In this document: in pieces, positions 1 through 8,693 of the stretch
Layout: each line of letters begins with the position of its first letter
How positions within the stretch are numbered: the first letter of the stretch is position 1
Source: Nitrospinaceae bacterium
GTDB lineage: Bacteria; Nitrospinota; Nitrospinia; Nitrospinales; Nitrospinaceae
NCBI GenBank assembly: GCA_965223665.1
Contig: OZ245011.1
Coordinates: 4,128,001-4,192,000, forward strand
DNA: 64,000 bases
Direction: 5' to 3'
Notes under the pieces: model-generated
The model's database searches: none
Told to the model about the DNA's origin: nothing
Seen by the model: only the letters and a program-made list of their open reading frames with translations
Translations under genes and position numbers: made by a program

Positions 1-2
1 TT

Positions 3-1304
3 GTTGATTATTTTCTTATGCATGATCGCGATATTGTCAACCGGGTTGATGATTCTGTTTTGCGGGTGATGAATAAAGTAGTAAAAGTTTTTCGACGAGG
101 AAGAGGATTAGCCCCTAAATTTATGAAATTACTGGAGGATTTTGAAATGGCTAATTCTATTTTAGCCTTTGGGGGAGAACTAAAAAACACTTTTTGCCTA
201 ATCCAAAATGGACAGGCTATTCTATCTCAGCATATTGGGGACTTGGAGAACTCTTCTGCATATGAAGACTACTTAAAGAATATTGAACTTTACACCAATC
301 TATTTGAGCACCGTACAATTGGTCTTGCAATTGATAAACACCCAGAATACCTGTCTACGAAGTGTGGTAGGGACCGTTCTGAAAAAGAGCAACTTCCATT
401 ATTGCCGGTTCAGCATCACCATGCCCACATTGCTTCTTGTATGGCTGAAAATAGGATTTCATTAAATTCGGATCCGATACTCGGAGTAGCATTGGATGGC
501 TTAGGTTATGGAGATGAGGATGATCTTTGGGGGGGAGAGTTTTTATTAGCAGATTATTTTGAAATCAAAAGATTAGGTTGTTTTAAACCGATTCCTTTGC
601 TGGGAGGTTCTCTAGCAATGAAAGAGCCATGGCGGAATACGTTGGCTCATATTATTTCCTGCATAGGTTGGGAAAAATTTTTAATCAACTTTTCGGATTT
701 GGAAATTACAAAATTTCTTAAGACAAAACCTATTTCCGCATTACAGACCATTTCTGAAAAAAATTTGAATAGTCCATTGGCAAGTTCTGTAGGAAGATTG
801 TTTGATGCCGTAGCGGCTGCATTAGGAATTTGTCGTGAAAAAGGTTTCTATGAAGGACAAGCAGCCATTGAACTAGAAGCAATGGCTGATGAAACAATTC
901 TGCTAGACCCGAAAGAATTGGGCTATCAATTTTCTTTAGAAAAAGATTTAGAGAAAGATTTGATGATTATCGATCCGCAATTGATGTGGAAAGAATTATT
1001 TCAGGATCTCAAAAAGAATATTTCAGTCAACTTAATTTCATCCAGATTTCATAAAGGACTGGCACATGCAATTGGGGCTATGATAAAAAGACTAACTTAT
1101 GAAAATAAAGAAAAAACTTTTCATACTGTGGCTCTATCAGGCGGAGTTTTCCAAAATTGTATTCTACTGGAACATGTTACTCAGATCCTTCAAAGGATGA
1201 ATTTAAAAGTATTAACTCATAATTTTGTGCCAGCTAATGATGGTGGAATTTCTCTGGGGCAAGCGGTTGTTGCTGCGGCTCAATTATTGCGGAGGGAACA
1301 ATAA
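3..1304 (+). CDS. hypF: Carbamoyltransferase HypF, C-terminal part (5' end outside window)
   Basis: Frame open from base 3; motifs HDRDIVNRVDDSV, SQHIGDL, QHHHAH, LDGLGYG, WGGEF, LSGGVFQN, PANDGGISLGQ; followed by hypC. Confidence 0.96.
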   Translation, partial: VDYFLMHDRDIVNRVDDSVLRVMNKVVKVFRRGRGLAPKFMKLLEDFEMANSILAFGGELKNTFCLIQNGQAILSQHIGDLENSSAYEDYLKNIELYTNLFEHRTIGLAIDKHPEYLSTKCGRDRSEKEQLPLLPVQHHHAHIASCMAENRISLNSDPILGVALDGLGYGDEDDLWGGEFLLADYFEIKRLGCFKPIPLLGGSLAMKEPWRNTLAHIISCIGWEKFLINFSDLEITKFLKTKPISALQTISEKNLNSPLASSVGRLFDAVAAALGICREKGFYEGQAAIELEAMADETILLDPKELGYQFSLEKDLEKDLMIIDPQLMWKELFQDLKKNISVNLISSRFHKGLAHAIGAMIKRLTYENKEKTFHTVALSGGVFQNCILLEHVTQILQRMNLKVLTHNFVPANDGGISLGQAVVAAAQLLRREQ

Positions 1305-1306
1305 CA

Positions 1307-1549
1307 ATGTGTTTGGGAATTCCCGGTAGAATCGTTGAAATTGTAAATACTGAAGATAAAACTGCGGTTGTAGAAATTGCAGGTGTAAAACGCGAAATCA
1401 ATATTACTTGTATAGTGGATAAAGAGCATCCTGTTGAGTCTTGTTTAGGGGATTGGGTAATTGTCCATGTGGGATTTGCCATGGGGCGTATAAATGAAAA
1501 GGAAGCGGCCAAAACTCTGGATCTTTTCCGTGAACTAGATAAATTGTAG
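1307..1549 (+). CDS. hypC: Hydrogenase maturation chaperone HypC
   Basis: N-terminal MCLGIPG and GDWVIVHVGFA motifs. Confidence 0.97.
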   Translation: MCLGIPGRIVEIVNTEDKTAVVEIAGVKREINITCIVDKEHPVESCLGDWVIVHVGFAMGRINEKEAAKTLDLFRELDKL

Positions 1550-1592
1550 GGTGAAATTATAGTTTTAAAACCTTGAAAAAAGAAAATCAGAT

Positions 1593-2720
1593 ATGAAATA
1601 TGCAGATGAGTTTCGTAATCCCGATGACGCCAAAAAATTGTTGGATAAAATTGCTCGTTTTTCCAAGAAGATACAAAGCGAGAAAGATAAACCTTTATAT
1701 TTGATGGAAGTTTGTGGAGGTCATACTCATACTATTTTTCGATACGGATTAAAAAATTTATTACCGGATGAGATTGAATTAATTCATGGTCCCGGGTGTC
1801 CGGTATGCGTTTTACCTATGGGAAGGGTTGATGATTGCATTGCTCTAGCGGAACACCCTGAAATAATATTTGCTACCTTTGGTGATGTGATGCGCGTACC
1901 CGGCTCACAAAAAAATCTTTTGCAGGCTAAAGCAGAGGGAGCGGATGTGCGAGTTGTGTATTCTCCTATGGATGCTTTAATACTGGCAAAAAAACATCCC
2001 AATAAGGAGATAGTTTTTTTTGGTTTAGGGTTTGAGACTACTATGCCCAGTTCTGCGTTAACAATTTTGCAGGCAGAGAAGGATAAAGTTAGAAATTTTT
2101 CTATTTTTTGCAACCACATAACAATTGTTCCGACCCTCAAAGCCGTGTTAGATTCTCCTGACTTGCAGTTAGATGGATTTATAGGACCTGGGCATGTGAG
2201 TATGGTCATTGGAACCAAACCTTACCATTTTATTGCTGAACAATATAAAAGACCACTGGTAGTTGCGGGGTTCGAACCCTTAGATATTTTGCAATCTATT
2301 TGGATGTTGCTTCAACAATTTCAAGATGGACGATGTGAAATCGAAAACCAATATCAACGTATTGTTCAGGAAGATGGAAATAAACAAGCATTAGACGCCA
2401 TTGAAAGAGTATTTAAACCCAGAGAATATTTTGAGTGGAGAGGATTAGGTTCGATCGAAAATTCAGGAGTATGTATTAGGGAAGCCTATTCGCACTACGA
2501 TGCAGAACAAAAGTTTTCAATTCCTAATCTAAAGATGGCTGACCCTCAATCTTGTCAGTGTGGGGAAGTATTAAGGGGTATGATTAAGCCAAAAGAATGC
2601 AAAGTTTTCGGTTCTATGTGTACGCCAGAAACCCCATTGGGAGCATTAATGGTTTCAACAGAAGGTGCATGCGCAGCATATTATTCCTATGGTGGAGTGG
2701 ATTTGATTGAAATTGGATGA
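1593..2720 (+). CDS. hypD: Hydrogenase maturation protein HypD
   Basis: MEVCGGHTH, GPGCPVC, GFETT, PGHVS and C-terminal Cys cluster ending EGACAAYY. Confidence 0.97.
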   Translation: MKYADEFRNPDDAKKLLDKIARFSKKIQSEKDKPLYLMEVCGGHTHTIFRYGLKNLLPDEIELIHGPGCPVCVLPMGRVDDCIALAEHPEIIFATFGDVMRVPGSQKNLLQAKAEGADVRVVYSPMDALILAKKHPNKEIVFFGLGFETTMPSSALTILQAEKDKVRNFSIFCNHITIVPTLKAVLDSPDLQLDGFIGPGHVSMVIGTKPYHFIAEQYKRPLVVAGFEPLDILQSIWMLLQQFQDGRCEIENQYQRIVQEDGNKQALDAIERVFKPREYFEWRGLGSIENSGVCIREAYSHYDAEQKFSIPNLKMADPQSCQCGEVLRGMIKPKECKVFGSMCTPETPLGALMVSTEGACAAYYSYGGVDLIEIG

Positions 2721-3808
2721 TCATGAATTCTAATGTGTCAAGGTTACCTCAGCAGGTTGAGTTAAATGGAAAAAATAAAATTATGCCAAAAAAAACTGTA
2801 ACAATTTCTCACGGGAGTGGTGGTAAAGCAATGCATGACCTGATAGAGAATTGTTTTGTTAAACATTTTGGGAATCCTATTCTTTGTGAAAGGGAAGATC
2901 AGGCAAGAATAGACTTAAAAAAATTAGCAGAACTTGGAAATAGACTCGCCTTCACTACAGATTCTTTTGTTATCGATCCAATATTCTTTCCTGGGGGAGA
3001 TATTGGTATGCTTGCAGTTAATGGAACAGTAAATGATTTAGCGGTGGGAGGAGCGATTCCTTTATATTTAAGTTGTGGATTCATTTTAGAAGAAGGATTG
3101 CCTTTAGAATCTCTCGAATGTGTGGTGAAGTCCATGAAGGAAGCTGCTCAGGATGTAGATATAAAAATTGTAACAGGGGATACAAAAGTAGTACCCAGGG
3201 GAGCGGCAGATAAACTTTTTATTAATACGGCGGGAATTGGGGTAATTCCTCATCCAATTAACATTTCTGCTGCAAGAGCCACCCCTGGAGATAAAGTAAT
3301 AATAAATGGATATATGGGTGACCACGGAGCAGCTATATTACATTCGCGAGAAGAACTTTCCATTGTTTCTTCTATCCAAAGTGACTGCCAACCTTTAAAC
3401 AAATTAGTTCAGAAGATCCTTGAAGTGTGCCCCGATATCCATTGCATGCGAGATGCAACCCGTGGAGGGGTTGCTACAGTACTTAATGAATTTGCTCTAA
3501 GTGCAAAGGTTGGTATTGTTTTAGAAGAAGAAAATATATCTGTTAGAAACGAAGTTAGAGCTATTTGCGAAATTCTTGGATTGGATCCATTATATTTAGC
3601 GAATGAAGGAATTTTAATTGCTATTGTTCCTGATTCTTATTCGCAGATAGTTTTAGAACGTATGAAGTCATTGCCTGAAGGGCGACATGCTTCTGTTATT
3701 GGAGAAATAGTTGAAACACCTGAGGAAAGAGTGATTATGAAAACGAGTTTTGGTGGGGATCGTATCGTTGATATGATGGTTGGAGAACAGCTTCCCAGAA
3801 TTTGTTAG
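2717..3808 (+). CDS. hypE: Carbamoyl dehydratase HypE (true start may be a few codons downstream)
   Basis: HGSGG, TTDSFV, GTVNDLAV, GDTKVV, RDATRGG, C-terminal LPRIC. Confidence 0.97.
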   Translation: MIMNSNVSRLPQQVELNGKNKIMPKKTVTISHGSGGKAMHDLIENCFVKHFGNPILCEREDQARIDLKKLAELGNRLAFTTDSFVIDPIFFPGGDIGMLAVNGTVNDLAVGGAIPLYLSCGFILEEGLPLESLECVVKSMKEAAQDVDIKIVTGDTKVVPRGAADKLFINTAGIGVIPHPINISAARATPGDKVIINGYMGDHGAAILHSREELSIVSSIQSDCQPLNKLVQKILEVCPDIHCMRDATRGGVATVLNEFALSAKVGIVLEEENISVRNEVRAICEILGLDPLYLANEGILIAIVPDSYSQIVLERMKSLPEGRHASVIGEIVETPEERVIMKTSFGGDRIVDMMVGEQLPRIC

Positions 3809-3823
3809 AAATGGAACCAGGAT

Positions 3824-4153
3824 ATGCATGAATTAAGTATTACCAGAAATATCGTTTCCATTGCCCGTGAACATGCAAAGGGAATTCCCGTGAAGCGGGT
3901 TACCTTGGAAATAGGCAAACTATCTTTGGTGATTCCAGATTCAATTCGATTTTGTTTTGATGTGTATTCCAAAGATACGGAATTAGCTGGGGCATTTTTG
4001 GAAATTATTGAAAAGCCGGGTTTGTTTCGTTGTTTAAACTGTTTGAAGGAAAGTGAGTTCGATAATTTTTTTAAAAGCTGCTCTTGTGGATCCAATGATT
4101 TAGTTTGTATTGCGGGAGAAGAATTAAAAATTAAAGAAATGGAGTTTGCCTGA
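3824..4153 (+). CDS. hypA: Nickel metallochaperone HypA
   Basis: MHELSI start, CLNC and CSCGS Zn motifs, GEEL near C-terminus. Confidence 0.95.
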   Translation: MHELSITRNIVSIAREHAKGIPVKRVTLEIGKLSLVIPDSIRFCFDVYSKDTELAGAFLEIIEKPGLFRCLNCLKESEFDNFFKSCSCGSNDLVCIAGEELKIKEMEFA

Positions 4154-4983
4154 TGTGTACTACATGTGGATGTGATCAAGGTGCTACCCCATCTGTGACA
4201 AATTTGAATTTAGAAAAAGTTGCTTCTGAGAGCCAAGTCCATGACCACTCTCGCCCGCACACCCATTTGCACGAAGTGAATCACGAACATAATCACAATC
4301 ATTCCCATAAAATTAATCAGGGCCACTCGCCAGTTCTTTTGCTTGAAAAAGAAATTTTGGAAAAAAATAATCTATTAGCTGCCCGAAATCGTGGATGGTT
4401 TGATGGGAGAAATATACTTGCTTTGAATCTGATGAGTTCACCTGGGGCAGGAAAAACGACATTACTGGAACGGACCATAAAAGATTTAAAAAACAAAATT
4501 CCCATTCATGTAATTGAAGGCGACCAAGAGACGGCTCAGGATGCTGAACGGATTCGAGCTACTGGATCCAAGGTTGTTCAGATTAATACAGGGACGGGTT
4601 GTCATTTAGAAGCAGAAATAATAGCCAAAGGGTTGAAGGAATTACAGCCTCCCCTAAATTCTGTATTGATGATTGAAAATGTTGGAAACCTTGTATGTCC
4701 GGCATTGTTTGATTTGGGCGAGCGGGCGAAGATTCTCATTCTTTCTGTAACTGAAGGTGAGGATAAACCTATAAAATATCCACACATGTTTAAAGCTTCA
4801 GATGTAATGCTAATAAGTAAAACTGATCTCTTAGAGCATGTCGATTTTAGTGTGGATCAATGTATTAGATATGCTCGAAAGGTGAACCCAGAAATTAAAG
4901 TGTTTCAGGTTTCTGCTAAAACAGGTCATGGGCTGAAGGATTGGTACAATTGGTTAATAACAGAATTCAATTTACATAAATGA
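4153..4983 (+). CDS. hypB: Nickel-insertion GTPase HypB
   Basis: MCTTCGC, His-rich linker, SSPGAGKTT P-loop, GCHL, ENVGNLVCPA, EGEDKPIKYP. Confidence 0.97.
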   Translation: MCTTCGCDQGATPSVTNLNLEKVASESQVHDHSRPHTHLHEVNHEHNHNHSHKINQGHSPVLLLEKEILEKNNLLAARNRGWFDGRNILALNLMSSPGAGKTTLLERTIKDLKNKIPIHVIEGDQETAQDAERIRATGSKVVQINTGTGCHLEAEIIAKGLKELQPPLNSVLMIENVGNLVCPALFDLGERAKILILSVTEGEDKPIKYPHMFKASDVMLISKTDLLEHVDFSVDQCIRYARKVNPEIKVFQVSAKTGHGLKDWYNWLITEFNLHK

Positions 4984-5255
4984 TGGCTAAGCTTTTATTG
5001 AGATAAAAATGAGTATTTCTTGTAAAGGAAATTATCGCTAATTTTCTTGGCAACCAACAGTTAGGCTTCCTTGAATATCCCCAAAAAATTAGAGCTTTTT
5101 TAGGTATAAAGGTTTATATTGAAGAAGGATAAAGGTTTTATTCGCCATTCATTTTAAGTAATGCGTATAATTTATAAATGCCAATTTAGAAATTATTTTC
5201 TTCTCTATGATTTTTTCTTTTCTTGGTTCATCTTAGAAATTTAATGGTTTTAAAT

Positions 5256-6239
5256 ATGTGGTTAGGTGTGACTTTATTCATATTGTTTGCATTTAGTTTG
5301 GGTTCTATTGCATATGTATATAAATGGCGAGGAATAACCCGCTATGATAAGTTTGGTGAATATATTAGAAAAGGTTGGCCAATATTTTCTCCCCTTAATT
5401 GCCTTTTGTATATTTTTACTCAACCCAGAGCCAGGAAGTCCATAATTAATTTAGAAGATTTCAAAGATTTGGATCCTCTGAAGAATAATTGGCGAACCAT
5501 AAAGGAGGAGGTAATTGGTTTGCATAACGAGCAATATTTTGAGCAAACCAAGAAACCAGATTCAAAAGCTTGCTATGATATTGGATTTCGAACTTTTTTT
5601 AAATACGGATGGAGCAAGTTTTACTTGAAATGGTATGGGTATACACATGACTCTGCTAAAAAACTTTGCCCTAAAACATTAGAGATTCTCGAAAAAATTC
5701 CTTCAATTAATGGAGCAATGTTTTCTGTTCTGCCAGCAGGTTCTAAATTGACAAGACATTTGGATCCTGTAGCTTGTTCCTTAAGGTATCACTTGGGATT
5801 GGTGACTCCTAACTCAGATGATTGTTTTATCAATGTGGATGGTTCTAATTATTCGTGGAGGGATGGAGAGGGATTTTTATTTGATGAAACCTACGTTCAT
5901 TATGCTAGAAATGACACCAAAGATTTAAGGTTAATTTTGATGTGTGATGTGGACCGGCCCACAAACTGGTTTGGTAGAATCATTAATTCGATTATTAAAA
6001 TATTAATGAGGCTGACCATTGTCCCAAATGTTGATGGGGATAAGTGCGGTTTTGTAAATAAATTGTTTTCAGGATTGGGACCAATACTTCAAAAAACCCA
6101 AGCCTTAAAGCAGACCAATAAAAAACTATACTTAATGATAAAGTACACCGTTAATTTCTCTTTGTTTATTTTTGCTTTTGGAATCATTGTTGGGTTGTTA
6201 AGTTTAGCTAAACAATTAACCTTGGTTGCATTTTCCTGA
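5256..6239 (+). CDS. lpxO: Aspartyl/asparaginyl beta-hydroxylase family Fe(II)/2OG dioxygenase, LpxO-like (start uncertain: 5223, 5244 or 5256)
   Basis: TM segments at both ends, FFKYGWSKFYLKWYG, HLDP...LRYHLGL, FDETYVH iron-ligand pattern. Confidence 0.75.
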   Translation: MWLGVTLFILFAFSLGSIAYVYKWRGITRYDKFGEYIRKGWPIFSPLNCLLYIFTQPRARKSIINLEDFKDLDPLKNNWRTIKEEVIGLHNEQYFEQTKKPDSKACYDIGFRTFFKYGWSKFYLKWYGYTHDSAKKLCPKTLEILEKIPSINGAMFSVLPAGSKLTRHLDPVACSLRYHLGLVTPNSDDCFINVDGSNYSWRDGEGFLFDETYVHYARNDTKDLRLILMCDVDRPTNWFGRIINSIIKILMRLTIVPNVDGDKCGFVNKLFSGLGPILQKTQALKQTNKKLYLMIKYTVNFSLFIFAFGIIVGLLSLAKQLTLVAFS

Positions 6240-6283
6240 GAGAAATAATGTGTGGAAAAGTGGGTAATTAAAATAATAGGTTT

Positions 6284-7861
6284 TTAGATTATAAGTGGAA
6301 GACTAACTTTAAACCTTGCTCCTGTTTTAGAATCTGCCAATGATATTTTTCCACCGTGAGCTTCCACTAAGGATTTCACTATTCCAAGCCCAAGTCCTGT
6401 TCCCCCGTTTTCTCTTTTAGTTGTAAAAAAAGGAGCGAATATCTTATCTTTATGTGAATTTGGGATTCCTTCGCCATTATCCTGAATATTTAGTATCAAA
6501 TTTTCTCCCATTCTAAGAAATGAGAGTTTAACAAAAGTAGCTTTATGTTGTTTGCTATTACTTATTAGGTTAGTTAAAGCGGCTTCTAGGTAATCGGAAG
6601 CAAATTTTAGGATGATTTTAGGGTCCTCTTCAAATGAGATTTCTATCCCTTCGCGAGCCCAATGCTCTTTTAATTTATTTAAAATATTTCCCAAATTAGA
6701 TTGTTCTTCCGAGGGGGTTAAATTATCTAACTTTGCTAAATAAAGCAGTTTTGAAACCAGTTCCTTAAGTCGTTTCGAATCCTGGACAATATTATCAATA
6801 AATTTTTTCTTTTTGTTCTCTGGCATATTGGAAAAATGCTCTAAAAGTAATTCACCTGCTCCTTGAATAGAAGTGAGGGGAGTTTTGAATTCGTGAGAAA
6901 CATGTGTTGCGAAATCCCTGATATATTCCGATCTTTTATTTAAGGAAATAGCCATATCATTAAAGCTTTTTGATAATAGTTCCATTTCTTTTGTAATTGG
7001 TTTTTCAAGAGGTCGAATTGCTTCCTTGTTACCCTGGGAAATTTTTTTTGTTCTTTCGATCAGTTGATAAATTGGTCGCGAAATAGTGTAAGAAGTAAAA
7101 AAAACAAGTAATAGAGTTAAGCCAATAATAACTAAACTGATCATTATGACTTTTTCTTTTTCCATATAAAGGTCTTTAAGGATGTTTTTTGGTGTTCGAG
7201 AAATATAAACAATTCCCCAAAGATGATTTTCTTCTAAAATTGGAAAAGCTGAAAATACACGTATGTTGGTTCCACGACTTATTGAGGCAAGTGAAGGGGG
7301 CGGATGATTAGGTATTCTTTCGCGGATCACACTGGTGAAACTTCCCTTTAGAGCTAATTGGATTTCCTTTAAGTGACTAAAAGATTGCCCTAATTCATTT
7401 GAGCCTGCAATTACAATTCCATTAAAATCTAAAACTTTTACTCCAGAGAGAACCACTTTTTTTATATCGGAAATAATGGGTGATAAACTCATTCCGACCT
7501 GATTGGAGACAAAGTCTATTTCAATTTTTGGAACTAATCCTTTAGGTCTTGGTGGTAGGATTTCTGTTTCAGACAATTCTAATTGGGGAATTACAGGTGT
7601 GTAAAAATCATCCAGTGTTTCAATTTTTAAATTGTTCAATTGAGTGCCAAAAGTTTTATCCGATCCAATAAACTTTTTAACTTCATTTTTGTAAATGGCT
7701 GCTATTACCGAAGCTTGTGAAATTAATTCGCGTTCTGTTTGGCGAACTAATTGGTTTTCGTAAATTCTAAAAAAAAATATACTGCCAAGGGGTATAAGCA
7801 GGACTGTCAGGTTTGCAATTAGCAAAATAGTTCTAAGGCGAAAAATTTTCTTGTGTTTCAT
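6284..7861 (-). CDS. Membrane sensor histidine kinase (HAMP-HisKA-HATPase), CreC-like
   Basis: Two TM segments, VSHEFKTPLT H-box, NLISNS N-box, DNGEG, PFFTTK, GTGLGL. Confidence 0.93.
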   Translation of the reverse strand: MKHKKIFRLRTILLIANLTVLLIPLGSIFFFRIYENQLVRQTERELISQASVIAAIYKNEVKKFIGSDKTFGTQLNNLKIETLDDFYTPVIPQLELSETEILPPRPKGLVPKIEIDFVSNQVGMSLSPIISDIKKVVLSGVKVLDFNGIVIAGSNELGQSFSHLKEIQLALKGSFTSVIRERIPNHPPPSLASISRGTNIRVFSAFPILEENHLWGIVYISRTPKNILKDLYMEKEKVIMISLVIIGLTLLLVFFTSYTISRPIYQLIERTKKISQGNKEAIRPLEKPITKEMELLSKSFNDMAISLNKRSEYIRDFATHVSHEFKTPLTSIQGAGELLLEHFSNMPENKKKKFIDNIVQDSKRLKELVSKLLYLAKLDNLTPSEEQSNLGNILNKLKEHWAREGIEISFEEDPKIILKFASDYLEAALTNLISNSKQHKATFVKLSFLRMGENLILNIQDNGEGIPNSHKDKIFAPFFTTKRENGGTGLGLGIVKSLVEAHGGKISLADSKTGARFKVSLPLII

Positions 7862-7862
7862 T

Positions 7863-8561
7863 TTATTGTTTGCAGGACCCTAAAATGTAGCCGACTCCAA
7901 AGACGGTTTCGATAACCGTCTTTCCACCTGCAAAAGAAAACTTATTGCGGATGTGCCGTATATGGCTATCTATGGTACGATCACTAACAAATGAGCTATT
8001 CCCATATGCATGTTCAATGATGCGATTGCGATCAAATACGCTCTCGGGATAAAGTAAAAAAGCTTTTAAAATATCAAATTCTCTTGCTGTAAGGTCGATC
8101 GGTTTATCGTCCCAAAATACTTGGTGTTTTTCGGAATTTAATGTGACTCTTCCAAAGGTCAAGGTTTTCGAGAAGTTGTCTGCGGAAGAGGTTTTACCTT
8201 GAGCTCGTTTTAGTATTGCATGAACTCGGGCCACAAGCTCTCGGGGGCTAAAAGGTTTAGATACGTAATCATCACCGCCAATTTCAAAGCCAACCACTCG
8301 ATCGATTTCATCGTCTCGTGAGGATAGGAACAGAATGGGAACCTCGGATTGTTTTCGAATTTCTTTGCAAAATTGGAACCCGTCCATTTCAGGCATATTG
8401 ATATCCAAAATTACTAATTCTGGAGGGTGTTTGTTAAAATGGCTTAAAGCTTCTTTCCCGTTTTTTACTTCCCGGGGTGTCATTCCCGCATTTTCAAGGG
8501 CAAAACATATTACCTCTCGAATATGTGGATCATCGTCTACCACCAGAATGTTTTTTCCCAT
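7863..8561 (-). CDS. OmpR-family response regulator, CreB-like
   Basis: VVDDD, LDINMP, KPFSPREL, winged helix with RTIDSHIRHIR and TVFGVGY. Confidence 0.95.
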   Translation of the reverse strand: MGKNILVVDDDPHIREVICFALENAGMTPREVKNGKEALSHFNKHPPELVILDINMPEMDGFQFCKEIRKQSEVPILFLSSRDDEIDRVVGFEIGGDDYVSKPFSPRELVARVHAILKRAQGKTSSADNFSKTLTFGRVTLNSEKHQVFWDDKPIDLTAREFDILKAFLLYPESVFDRNRIIEHAYGNSSFVSDRTIDSHIRHIRNKFSFAGGKTVIETVFGVGYILGSCKQ

Positions 8562-8693
8562 ATTATCTTTCCCAAAAATTATCTATATTATTATAACAGC
8601 GAGTTTGAGTAATTTCTGCCATCAAGAACCAGGGTGGCAGAAAAAATCCACCAACACCTGGTTCTTCCGGGAGGTTTCACCTGGCGGCAAACT

